From an uncultured Alphaproteobacteria bacterium (lineage in GTDB: Bacteria > Pseudomonadota > Alphaproteobacteria > Rhizobiales > Beijerinckiaceae): a stretch of 64,000 nucleotides of DNA. The notes below the pieces were generated by a model. It searched no databases and was not told where the DNA came from. It saw only the letters and a list, made by a program, of their open reading frames with translations. Location: contig CAVXVZ010000011.1 of NCBI GenBank assembly GCA_963765375.1, positions 272,956-336,955 on the forward strand, in the 5' to 3' direction. Below are positions 1 to 9,067 of the stretch, one piece after another; within the stretch, counting starts at the first letter, position 1; every line of letters starts with the position of its first letter. The position numbers were made by a program, and so were the translations under genes.

Positions 1-820
1 CGTAGCGCTCGCCGACGATATGGATATCGGAGAGATGCGCCGCCAGCCAGACGCGCCCGGCCGGCGGCGCGGCGTCGAACGCTTCGAGGTCGAGCGGCTG
101 GTCCGTGCTGGCGTCGGCAAAGCCCCAGACGAGCGAGGCTGCGGCAAGATAGGCCGACATGACGACGACAGCGTTGGCGAGCGTGGGAGAGATGAGCCCG
201 AGCGGCGCGGCGAGGTCCGACGCCGCTCCGATCCACCGGGTCGCCGGCCAGACCGCGACCGCGACCAGGGCCGCGATCGCCGCAAGGAGGATTCCGGCGC
301 CGGCGCAGCTCAGCGCCCGCATGCGCGCCAGCTCGGCGCCGCCCTTCGGCTTCAGCGCTCGCTCGGCGAGATGCCGGATCGCCTCGCGGCACAAGGCGTA
401 CCCGGGCTGAACCCCCAGGGCGTTGAGCGCCCAGAAATTCGCTTCCGCCACCCGCAACAACGGCCGCCAGCCGATCCAGCCCGCGCCGGCGACAGCGAGA
501 AGGACGATCGCGGCGCCGATTCCATACAGTTCCAGCAATCTCGAGAAGATGTCGCCTACCCATGCCGTCGCGACCAGCGGCGCGAGGCCAAGGACTGCCG
601 CTGGAAGCACGATCGACGCCGCCCACGCGATGAGGAGCTTCGTTACGCTGATCTCGGCTAAAAGACTGCCGGCAATGGCCAGCAGCGACTTCTGCTTGGG
701 GCTCGACGCGTCGTCCTCCGCGTCTCCGTCGCGCGGGTCGAGGAGCAGGTTCGCCGGACCGCGCCTGAGGCGCTCAAGCCCGGATTCGGCGCTCGAGGGG
801 ATTGCGGCGGGCGCTCGCAT
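1..820 (-). CDS. Membrane-anchored metallophosphoesterase (calcineurin-like). Only the 5' part is present; the gene runs off the left edge.
   Basis: Absent from the ORF track because it has no stop in the window. My minus-strand translation from the ATG at 820 reads MRAPAAIPSS...SLLAIAGSLLAEISVTKLLIAWAASIVLPAAVLGLAPLV... with several hydrophobic helices, ending ...GRVWLAAHLSDIHIVGERY at position 2. HLSDIH matches the first metallophosphoesterase (DxH) motif. The plus-strand ORFs 20..661, 159..410 and 423..860 are Arg/Pro-rich antisense artefacts. Confidence 0.55.
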   Translation of the reverse strand, partial: MRAPAAIPSSAESGLERLRRGPANLLLDPRDGDAEDDASSPKQKSLLAIAGSLLAEISVTKLLIAWAASIVLPAAVLGLAPLVATAWVGDIFSRLLELYGIGAAIVLLAVAGAGWIGWRPLLRVAEANFWALNALGVQPGYALCREAIRHLAERALKPKGGAELARMRALSCAGAGILLAAIAALVAVAVWPATRWIGAASDLAAPLGLISPTLANAVVVMSAYLAAASLVWGFADASTDQPLDLEAFDAAPPAGRVWLAAHLSDIHIVGERY

Positions 821-1022
821 GGCGTCTGCGGGGGATTCTTCCTTAAGGTCCACGCCATAGCATGCGGCGCTTCGGTCCGGTAGCGAGGGCGGGCGGCCGC
901 GGAAAGGACGCGGGCGGCCGCTTCGGCAACGACGCCATTCTCGTCCCCCCGAACCTCGCATCGTTGCTTCGGATGCGGTTGCGCGATAAGCACTGGCCAA
1001 CTTCCCGCCAGAGGACGGCGCC

Positions 1023-2132
1023 TTGGCCCCATGCACCCCTCATCCGGCAGCGCGCGGCCTCGCTCGCGCGCTCGTCGTCGCGCCTGCGTTCGCGCTTTTG
1101 CTCGCCAGCTGCAATCAGGAAGCCAAGACCGAGCCGCCTCAGCCGCGCCCGGTCCGCACCGTCACCGTCGAAAAGGGCGAGGTCGGCGATTCGGTCGCCC
1201 TCACCGGGGATATCCGGGCCGAGAACGAGGTGAACCTCGCCTTCCGCGTCGGCGGGCGGATCATCGAGCGCAAAGGCGGGGTCGGCGACAAGGTCGAGCC
1301 GGACCAGGTGCTGGCCAAGCTCGATCCGCAGGACGAGCTCAATACGCTCCGCTCGGCGCAGGCGGCGCTCGCCGCCGCGCGCGCCCAGGAGGTCGAGGCG
1401 CAGGGCAATTTCGACCGCCAGAACCATCTGATGGAAAGGGGCTTCACCACCCGGGCGATATTCGATGCGGCGACCCAGGGGCTGCAGACCGCGCAGGCGC
1501 GGGTCGACGACGCGTCGGCGCAACTCGACATCGCCCAGGACCGGGTGAGCTTCACCGAGCTCAGGGCCAACGTCTCGGGGACGATCACCGCGCGAACCGC
1601 CGAATCGGGCGAGGTGGTGCAGGCGGGCCAGCCGATCTTCACCATCGCCCGGCAGGACGGCCGCGACGCCGTGTTCGACGTTCCGGCCCAGGTTCTGCGC
1701 GCCGCGCCGACCGACGTGACGGTCACGATCGCGCTTGCCGACGACCCGTCGGTGACCGCCAAGGCGCGCGTGCGCACCGTCGATCCGCAGGCCGATCCGG
1801 TCACCCGCACCTTCCGCGTCCGCCTCAGCCTGATCGATCATCCGGAGGCGATGCGCCTCGGCGCGACGGTGACCGGGCGCCTGCAGCTCGAGGGCGGCAA
1901 GGGCATCTCAATTCCGGCAAGCGCGCTCACCTCGATCGATCGCCAGCCGGCGGTGTGGATCGTCGATCCGGCGAGCCTCACCGTTGCGCTGCGCAACGTC
2001 GAGGTCGAGCGGTTCGATCCGGCGACGGCGGTGATCTCCGAGGGCCTCGAGCCCGGCGACGTGGTGGTGACGGCGGGCGTTCAGGCGCTGCATCCGGGCC
2101 AGAAGGTCCGGCTGCTCGGGGCGACTTCGTGA
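1023..2132 (+). CDS. RND efflux periplasmic adaptor (membrane-fusion protein, HlyD family), lipoprotein
   Basis: 369-aa ORF. It has a lipobox-like signal (APAFALLLASC) and a coiled-coil hairpin (LRSAQAALAAARAQEVEAQGNFDRQ...QTAQARVDDASAQLDIAQ). It also shows barrel-sandwich motifs (ISGTITAR..ESGEVVQAGQPIFTIA). An RND pump lies downstream. The only in-frame start is TTG at 1023. Confidence 0.85.
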   Translation: MAPCTPHPAARGLARALVVAPAFALLLASCNQEAKTEPPQPRPVRTVTVEKGEVGDSVALTGDIRAENEVNLAFRVGGRIIERKGGVGDKVEPDQVLAKLDPQDELNTLRSAQAALAAARAQEVEAQGNFDRQNHLMERGFTTRAIFDAATQGLQTAQARVDDASAQLDIAQDRVSFTELRANVSGTITARTAESGEVVQAGQPIFTIARQDGRDAVFDVPAQVLRAAPTDVTVTIALADDPSVTAKARVRTVDPQADPVTRTFRVRLSLIDHPEAMRLGATVTGRLQLEGGKGISIPASALTSIDRQPAVWIVDPASLTVALRNVEVERFDPATAVISEGLEPGDVVVTAGVQALHPGQKVRLLGATS

Positions 2133-2279
2133 GCGGTTCGGGAGACCGCGAACCATCCCTGGCATGGGCGCGAGGCCCACGACCCTCATTTGCGCCCGAT
2201 CGCCGCGCGCCAAGCAATCGGCTCCAGCGAGGATGCTCTGCAATGTCCCCTCCGAGAAGAATGAAGTAGGGCTCTTGCA

Positions 2280-3254
2280 ATGGGTATTCCCCTCCGCTTT
2301 CTTATGCGCCTCAAGAAAATCAGAGGATTATGTAAAGCTCTTGATGACCATGTGAGCGCTAACAATAACCTGGAAAAAGAAATAAATGAGCTTAGAATTT
2401 ACGTCAAATCGCTGTTGAGCAAGGTGACGGAAAGGGAACGACAATCGGAATTGCTGGCAGAGGAATTGGAAGCTAAACGCGATGGCCTGCCCGTATACTT
2501 GGCGTTTTCACCGGAAGTGCAGTCAGAGCGCATGGCGATGAAGATATTTTCTCTGCTTCGGCCGATGGATGTGGTTAACGGGAGAATGGTAAGGCGAGGC
2601 GCACCGAATGACGGTGGTTACGTGATGCTCGACTCGCCTGTTCGAAACGAAATCGCGTACTCATTGGGCGTGGGCAATGACGTGTCGTGGGACTTGGACA
2701 TGGCGACAAACGGATGCACGGTGTATCAGTACGATCACTCAATCGCATCGGTTCCAACCTCACACCCGAATTTTAAGTGGTTCCAACTGAACGTCGGGAC
2801 AGAGACCGACAATGACACTATCACGGTCGTCGACGCGATAACGAGAAATGGACACAAGGAACGTCAGAATATTATCTTGAAGATGGACGTTGAGTACTGG
2901 GAGTTGGATGTACTGCAATCAATTGATGAAACAACAATACTGCTATTTGCCCAAATAATCGTCGAATTACATGGAATTGTTCCTGAAGATACCAATTCTA
3001 TAACAAAAATTGTTACTGTCCTTTCGAAGATAAATAAGACGCATCAGGTTATCCATCTCCATGCAAACAACTACGGACGTCTCGGTATCATGGGACGGCT
3101 AGCGATACCTGGGACCTTCGAGGTGACCTACGTGCGGCGACGTGACCATGAGTTTACGGAGTGCAAGAAAGTATTCCCGACGGCTCTCGATAACCCGTGT
3201 AAAGCGGATGCGCGAGACTATTACTTGGGTCCCGTTGGCATGTTTCCTTACTGA
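2280..3254 (+). CDS. Low-GC hypothetical protein: N-terminal coiled coil plus an FkbM/METTL24-like (Methyltransf_21/22-type) SAM-methyltransferase-like domain
   Basis: 324-aa ORF. Several 60-nt lines I counted are 35-40 % GC, against flanks well above 60 %. The motif DGGYVMLDS..EIAYSLGVGNDVSWDLDMATNGCTVYQYDHS followed by ILKMDVEYWELDVL resembles, from memory, the FkbM/METTL24 pattern (xSxGxxxDxSFDxxM..GCxVxxxD ... LKxDxEGxE). The N-terminus NNNLEKEINELRIYVKSLLSKVTERERQSELLAEELEAKR looks coiled-coil. Confidence 0.6.
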   Translation: MGIPLRFLMRLKKIRGLCKALDDHVSANNNLEKEINELRIYVKSLLSKVTERERQSELLAEELEAKRDGLPVYLAFSPEVQSERMAMKIFSLLRPMDVVNGRMVRRGAPNDGGYVMLDSPVRNEIAYSLGVGNDVSWDLDMATNGCTVYQYDHSIASVPTSHPNFKWFQLNVGTETDNDTITVVDAITRNGHKERQNIILKMDVEYWELDVLQSIDETTILLFAQIIVELHGIVPEDTNSITKIVTVLSKINKTHQVIHLHANNYGRLGIMGRLAIPGTFEVTYVRRRDHEFTECKKVFPTALDNPCKADARDYYLGPVGMFPY

Positions 3255-3257
3255 AAA

Positions 3258-6200
3258 ATGCCGGATCTGGCCTTGGCGTCGAACAATTCACTCAACCTCT
3301 CCGATTGGGCGCTCAAGCATCGCTCGTTCATCGTCTTCCTTATGATCGCGGCGACGCTCGCCGGCGTCGTCTCGTTTTTCGGCCTCGGCCGGGCGGAGGA
3401 TCCGCCCTTCACCTTCCGCACCATGATCGTCCAGGCCGCGTGGCCAGGCGCAACCATGGACGACACGCTGCAGCAGGTGACCGAACGGATCGAGCGCAAG
3501 CTGCAGGAGACCAAGGGCCTCGACTTCCTCCGCAGCTACACAACCCCCGGCCTGACGACGATCTTCGTCAATCTGAAAGGCTCGACGAGGGCCTCCGAAG
3601 TGCCGGACATCTGGTACCAGGTGCGCAAGAACATCGGCGACATCCGCGGCGCGCTGCCGGCCGGCGTGGTCGGACCCGGCTTCAACGACGACTTCGGCGA
3701 CACGTTCGGCCTGATCTACGGCTTCACCGCCGACGGCTTCACCCACCGGGAACTGCGCGATACCGTCGAGGACATCCGCTCGCGCCTGCTCCAGGTTCCG
3801 GACGTGTCGAAGATCGAGCTCATCGGCGCCCAGGACGAGCAGATCTTCGTCGAGTTCTCGGTCGCGGAGCTGGCCGGCCTCGGCATCGACCGGGCGGCGT
3901 TGATCGCGGCGCTGAGAGCGCAGAACGCGGTCAGTCCCGCCGGCGAGCTCCAGACCGGCGACGAGACGATTTCGCTCCGGGTTTCGGGCGCGTTCCGGTC
4001 GGAAGCGGACCTGCTCGACGTCAACTTCCTCTCCAACGGCCGCCTGATCCGGCTCCGCGACATCGCGACCGTCAGGCGCGCCTATTCCGATCCGCCCCAG
4101 CCGATGTTCCGCGTCAACGGCAAACCGGCCATCGGCCTCGCCATCGCCATGCGCGACGGCGGCGACATCCTGACGCTCGGCCGCAACGTCAGGAAGGCGG
4201 TCGACGAGAGCGTCGCCAACCTGCCGCTCGGCATCGACGCGACGCTGGTCAGCGATCAGCCGGTCGTCGTCCAGACCGCGATCGGCGAGTTCATGGAATC
4301 GCTCTGGCAGGCGATCGCGATCATCATGGCGGTCAGCATCATCAGCCTGGGGCTAAGGCCCGGGTCGGTGGTCGCGCTGACGATCCCGCTGACGATCGCG
4401 ATCGTGTTTCCGATCATGGAGGCGATGCACATCGACCTCCAGCGCATCTCGCTCGGCGCCCTCATCATCTCCTTGAGCCTGCTCGTCGACAGCGCCATGA
4501 CCACGATCGACGTCATGACGACGCGCCTCATGCAAGGCGACAGCAAGGAGGAGGCGGCGTCTTTCGCCTATAAGACGCTGGCGCTGCCGATGTTGACCGG
4601 CACCTTCGTCACCATCGCCGGCTTCGTGCCGATCGGCTTCGCCCGCAGCGCCGCCGGCGAGTACACGTTCTCGATCTTCGCCGTGGTGACGATCGCGCTC
4701 ATCGTGTCGTGGTTCGTCGCGGTGCTGTTCGCGCCGCTGCTCGGGGTCTGGCTCTTGAAGAAGCCGGAGACCGCCGTCGCCCCGCAGCCCAACTTCGTCA
4801 TGCGGACGTTCCGCTCGATCCTGGTCGGCGCGATGCGGGTGCGCTGGATCACCATCGCCGTGACCCTCGCCTGCTTCGCCGCCTCCCTGCTCGCCCTCCC
4901 CTACGTGCCGCGGCAGTTCTTTCCCGCTTCCGACCGCCCGGAGCTCACCGTCGATCTGACCCTGCCGCAAAACGCCTCGATCTACGCCAGCCAGGACGCG
5001 TCGGCCAAGCTCGACGCCTTGCTCAAGGGCGATCCCGATGTCGCAAGCTGGAGCACCTATGTCGGGCGCGGGGCGATCCGGTTCTACCTGCCGCTCGACG
5101 TCAAGCTCGCCAACGACTTTTTCTCCCAGGCCGTGGTCATCGCCAAGGGCGTGCAGGCGCGCGATCGGGTTCACGCCAAGCTTGAGAAGGCGCTCGCCGA
5201 GCAATTGCCGAGCGCGATCGTCCGCGTGTCTCCGCTCGAGCTGGGGCCGCCGGTCGGCTGGCCGGTGCAATATCGGGTGAGCGGGCCTGACGCCGCCGAA
5301 GTGCGGGCGATCGCGCTCAAGCTCGGTCAGGCGATGGGCGAGAGCGCGAATTTGCGGCTGGTCAACTTCGACTGGATGGAGCCCTCGCGCGAGGTCAGGG
5401 TCAGGATCGACCAGGATCAGGCCCGGCTTCTCGGCTTGAGCTCGCAGACGCTGGCCGAAACGCTGAACGCCGTCATGAGCGGGACGCCGATCACCCAGGT
5501 TCGCGACGGCATCTACCTCGTCAATGTCGTCGCCCGGGCGAACGACGAGCAGCGCGTCTCGCTCTCGACCCTGCGCTCGCTGCAGCTGCCGCTTCCCGGC
5601 GGCCGGACCGTGCCGCTAAGCCAGATCGCGACCTTCGACTTCGATCAGGAATTTCCCCTGATTTGGCGGCGCGACCGCGTCCCGACGCTGACCGTCCAGG
5701 CCGACGTCCGTGACGCCGCGACGCCGGAAGGCGCGGTCGCCTCGCTCGAGCCGGCGATCGAGAAGCTCGAGGCGGGCCTGCCCGCCGGCTACCACATTGC
5801 CGTTGGCGGCACGGTCGAGGAGAGCGCCCAATCGCAGGCCTCGGTGTTTGCGCTCCTGCCCGCGGCGCTGTTCCTGATGCTGCTCTTTCTGATGGCGCAG
5901 CTCCACAGCTTCAGCCGGGTGGCGCTGGTCGCAGCGACGGTGCCGCTCGGCCTGATCGGGATCGTGCTCGCGCTCATCATCTCAAACCGGCCGCTCGGAT
6001 TCGTCGCCATCCTCGGCATTCTGGCGCTGGTCGGCATGATCGCCCGCAATGCCGTGATCCTCATCGACCAGATCGAGACCGAGCGGTCGCAAGGGCGCGA
6101 CATCTGGGACGCCGTGGTCGAGGCGACGCTCTCCCGCTTCCGCCCGATCATGCTGACCGCGATTTCGACCGTGCTGGGCCTGATCCCGATCGCGCCGACG

Positions 6201-6335
6201 GTGTTCTGGGGCCCGATGGCCTTCGCCATCATGGGCGGCCTGTTCGTCGCCACGCTGCTGACGCTGCTGGTGCTGCCGGTCTTCTACATCACCCTTTACC
6301 GCGCGAAGGCGCCTGCGGCGCCGGTCGCTGCGTAG
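3258..6335 (+). CDS. RND efflux transporter permease (AcrB/AcrD/AcrF family)
   Basis: 1025-aa ORF. The N-terminus has the typical ...NLSDWALKHRSFIVFLMIAATLAGVVSFFGLGRAEDPPFTF pattern. It has 12-TM architecture with two large periplasmic loops and a C-terminal ...LIPIAPTVFWGPMAFAIMGGLFVATLLTLLVLPVFY. It is paired with the adaptor at 1023. Confidence 0.93.
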   Translation: MPDLALASNNSLNLSDWALKHRSFIVFLMIAATLAGVVSFFGLGRAEDPPFTFRTMIVQAAWPGATMDDTLQQVTERIERKLQETKGLDFLRSYTTPGLTTIFVNLKGSTRASEVPDIWYQVRKNIGDIRGALPAGVVGPGFNDDFGDTFGLIYGFTADGFTHRELRDTVEDIRSRLLQVPDVSKIELIGAQDEQIFVEFSVAELAGLGIDRAALIAALRAQNAVSPAGELQTGDETISLRVSGAFRSEADLLDVNFLSNGRLIRLRDIATVRRAYSDPPQPMFRVNGKPAIGLAIAMRDGGDILTLGRNVRKAVDESVANLPLGIDATLVSDQPVVVQTAIGEFMESLWQAIAIIMAVSIISLGLRPGSVVALTIPLTIAIVFPIMEAMHIDLQRISLGALIISLSLLVDSAMTTIDVMTTRLMQGDSKEEAASFAYKTLALPMLTGTFVTIAGFVPIGFARSAAGEYTFSIFAVVTIALIVSWFVAVLFAPLLGVWLLKKPETAVAPQPNFVMRTFRSILVGAMRVRWITIAVTLACFAASLLALPYVPRQFFPASDRPELTVDLTLPQNASIYASQDASAKLDALLKGDPDVASWSTYVGRGAIRFYLPLDVKLANDFFSQAVVIAKGVQARDRVHAKLEKALAEQLPSAIVRVSPLELGPPVGWPVQYRVSGPDAAEVRAIALKLGQAMGESANLRLVNFDWMEPSREVRVRIDQDQARLLGLSSQTLAETLNAVMSGTPITQVRDGIYLVNVVARANDEQRVSLSTLRSLQLPLPGGRTVPLSQIATFDFDQEFPLIWRRDRVPTLTVQADVRDAATPEGAVASLEPAIEKLEAGLPAGYHIAVGGTVEESAQSQASVFALLPAALFLMLLFLMAQLHSFSRVALVAATVPLGLIGIVLALIISNRPLGFVAILGILALVGMIARNAVILIDQIETERSQGRDIWDAVVEATLSRFRPIMLTAISTVLGLIPIAPTVFWGPMAFAIMGGLFVATLLTLLVLPVFYITLYRAKAPAAPVAA

Positions 6336-6539
6336 CTACCCGAACAACCGCGCCCACAGCGACGCGATAATTCGCCACGGAATCGGCCATATCGGCCACC
6401 AGGTGTAGAAAACGGTCACGCCCAGCGTGTTGTTCGGCGACGTCGTATTCGGCAACGCAACTGCCGAGCGCGCGCCTTGCCGCGTCGCCGTGATCGATCC
6501 GCCGCCGGCCTTGACGTCGAACAGCGAGACGACGCACTC

Positions 6540-7496
6540 CTAAGTCCCTCCGCCCGCGATCTGGGTGACGCCTGCGGTGGCGAGAACGGCGCTGGCTCCG
6601 GTGATCGTGCGACAGAACTTGGCAACTCCGCCCTCGAAGTCGATTGGCTGACCGTAGCTGTTGTTCGGATCGCCGAGGCTGCGGCTGCTGCTCGCCCAGG
6701 TCGACGCGGACGAGACGGGGGACCCCGCGTATAAGAGCTCCACATTTGGATTGGCGGCGGCTGCATAGGCGAGTTGAACGCCTGCGGCAGCTCCGGCATT
6801 TTCCGCAACCGCGACCGATGTGATCCCTCCTCCCCCGCCGGGCTGCGAAGGGAGCAGCGCCGCGACCCCGCCCGAGATTCCGTACGCATAGAGGCTGGTC
6901 CCATCGGAGAAGACCGCATTCGTGCCGTCAAAGTCGCACATGAACGAAATGCTGTATTCGATCCAGGCGCTGACGTCGGTCATCGGCACGCTCGTGGCCA
7001 GGAGGGGAAAATCGCTGGTCGTGGCGACCTGAAAGGCGTTGGAATAGCCGCCAAGCCCGCAGATGACCGCGGTCGAGCCGAAGAGGGTGACGTCCGTGAT
7101 TTGAGCGAAGCTCGTTGCGTAGACTTGCGGACTAGCCAGATTGCTGATGTCGATCAGAGCGACCCGCGCCCCGCTATCGTTGCTGGCTTCGCCGACCAAC
7201 ACGTAGCCGCCGTAGAACGAGATCGCGCCGATGCCGTTAAAGGAAAGCGAGGCAGAGCCGGTCGCAGCCGGCGATGCTGGATTGGCGATGTCATAGATCG
7301 TTACGGTGTCGCCGCTGACGGCGGCCACGGCGGCCATCGAGCCTGAGCAGTCCACCACCACGCCGCTCGACGAGCAGGATACCGAGACGGCGGTTGGAGC
7401 GGCCGCGTTGGAAAAGTCGATGACCCAAAAATTTCCTGGCGTGTACTCGGGCAAAGGCTGGTTGCTTCCAACCACGACAACGGTGTGCTCGGCCAT
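6540..7496 (-). CDS. Hypothetical repeat protein, LVIVD-like beta-propeller repeats
   Basis: 318-aa ORF rich in Ser/Ala/Gly. It has a recurring motif: FWVIDFSNAAAPT, VTIYDIANPASPA, VALIDISNLASPQ (LVIVD-type xVxDxSNxxxP). No signal peptide is recognisable. One sampled line was about 52 % GC, lower than the neighbours. Confidence 0.5.
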   Translation of the reverse strand: MAEHTVVVVGSNQPLPEYTPGNFWVIDFSNAAAPTAVSVSCSSSGVVVDCSGSMAAVAAVSGDTVTIYDIANPASPAATGSASLSFNGIGAISFYGGYVLVGEASNDSGARVALIDISNLASPQVYATSFAQITDVTLFGSTAVICGLGGYSNAFQVATTSDFPLLATSVPMTDVSAWIEYSISFMCDFDGTNAVFSDGTSLYAYGISGGVAALLPSQPGGGGGITSVAVAENAGAAAGVQLAYAAAANPNVELLYAGSPVSSASTWASSSRSLGDPNNSYGQPIDFEGGVAKFCRTITGASAVLATAGVTQIAGGGT

Positions 7497-7603
7497 GGGC
7501 GCCCCACCCTTTGATCCGGCGTCCCCGGATACGTAGTCATACCTAGACGCCCTTCGAAGCTTTCCGCAAGGCTCGTTCGATTAAAACGCCGAAACACGAG
7601 GGC

Positions 7604-9064
7604 TCAGAACGACCCCACCGCGCTGCCGAGCGCAATCACCACCGCGAGCGCGAGCAGGCCGCCGGCGATCGAGACCATGACGATGTCCATATAGCTCTCG
7701 CGGTGGGTCGAGTTGCAGACCGCAAGCAGCGTCACCACGGCGCCGTTGTGCGGCAGGCTGTCGAGCGTGCCGGCGCCGATGACCGCGACGCGGTGCAGGA
7801 GCCCCGGGTCGATGCCCTGCTCATGCGCGATCTTGAGGTAGGTCGCGCCCAGCGCGTCGAGCGCGATCGTGAGACCCCCCGAGGCCGAGCCGGTCAACGA
7901 CGCCAGCACATTGGTCGCCACCGCCAGCGACACCAGCGGCCCGCCCTCGATCCCGAGCACCCAGTCGCGCACCATTTCGAACGCCGGCAGCGCGGCGACG
8001 ACCGAGCCGAAGCCGACCAGGCTGGCCACGCTCACGACCGGCAGGACGGAGGCGTTGGCCCCTGCGTCCATGGTGTCGCGCAGCGCCGGCAGGCGCTGAT
8101 AGTTGATCGCAGTCAGGACGACGATCGCAGCGAAAAGCGCCGTCACCACCGCCCACACGCCGCCGACTGCCGCGATCGACGTCGAGCCCCATTCCTTGCC
8201 GGCGAGAAACGATGCGTCCATGCGCGGCAGGACGAAGAACGACATCGCGAGATTGACCGCCACCACGATGATCAGCGGCAGGGCGGCGAGCGCGATCGGA
8301 GGGCCAGCGTCGCTCGGCCGCCCATGCGTCGCTTCCGGCGGATCGAACGTGCTCGCGGTTGTGGCGCGCTCGCGCACGACGAGGTCTTCGGCCGCATGCT
8401 CGACATCATCGGGACCGGGCGCCGCATCGCCATAGCCCTCCCCTTTGGCGCGGGCCCGCGCTTCGGCCCGCCCAAGCCACCACATCCCGAAGCCGAACAT
8501 GACGATCGCGGCGATGATCCCGAGTCCCGGCGCGGCGAACGGCGTGGTGCCGAAGAACGGCATCGGGATCGCGTTCTGGATCGCCGGCGTGCCCGGCAGC
8601 GCCGACATGGTGAAGGTGGTCGTGCCCAGCGCGATCGCCGCCGGCATCAGGCGGCGCGGAATCTGAGCCGAGCGAAAGAGCTGGTGCGCCATCGGGGCGA
8701 TGACGAAAAAGGCGACAAACAGGCTCACCCCGCCGTAAGTGACGATCGCGCCGGCCAGTACGACCGCGAGCACCGCCCGCTCATGTCCGAGACGCTCGGT
8801 CATGAATTTCGCGATCGAACTCACCGAGCCCGAGTCCTCCATCAGCTTGCCGAACAACGCGCCGAGGAGAAAAATTGGGAAGAACTGCATGACGAACTGG
8901 GCCGCGCTCGCCATGAAGGTTTGCGTCCAGTGGGCGAGCAAAGGCTCTCCGGCCAAGCCGGCCGCAAGAATCGCGGCGGCGGGCGCAAGCAAGAGGATGC
9001 TCCAGCCCCGGTAGGCGAAAAAGATCAGGAGCCCGAGCGCGACCAGGATGTCGAGAAGTCCCAT
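7604..9064 (-). CDS. GntP-family permease (gluconate/hydroxy-acid:H+ symporter family)
   Basis: 486-aa polytopic ORF. The N-terminus MGLLDILVALGLLIFFAYRGWSILLLAP...FFPIFLLGALFGKLMEDSGSVSSIA is typical of GntP/DsdX-type permeases. The start codon lies 3 nt after the patatin stop. Confidence 0.8.
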   Translation of the reverse strand: MGLLDILVALGLLIFFAYRGWSILLLAPAAAILAAGLAGEPLLAHWTQTFMASAAQFVMQFFPIFLLGALFGKLMEDSGSVSSIAKFMTERLGHERAVLAVVLAGAIVTYGGVSLFVAFFVIAPMAHQLFRSAQIPRRLMPAAIALGTTTFTMSALPGTPAIQNAIPMPFFGTTPFAAPGLGIIAAIVMFGFGMWWLGRAEARARAKGEGYGDAAPGPDDVEHAAEDLVVRERATTASTFDPPEATHGRPSDAGPPIALAALPLIIVVAVNLAMSFFVLPRMDASFLAGKEWGSTSIAAVGGVWAVVTALFAAIVVLTAINYQRLPALRDTMDAGANASVLPVVSVASLVGFGSVVAALPAFEMVRDWVLGIEGGPLVSLAVATNVLASLTGSASGGLTIALDALGATYLKIAHEQGIDPGLLHRVAVIGAGTLDSLPHNGAVVTLLAVCNSTHRESYMDIVMVSIAGGLLALAVVIALGSAVGSF

Positions 9065-9067
9065 CGA

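Noticed and set aside
2280-3254. The low-GC insert as an insertion sequence or transposon
   Set aside because: No transposase or integrase motifs (DDE, HUH, Tyr or Ser recombinase) in the ORF, and no terminal inverted repeats or target-site duplication at the GC breakpoints. I report it as a foreign gene, not as a mobile element.
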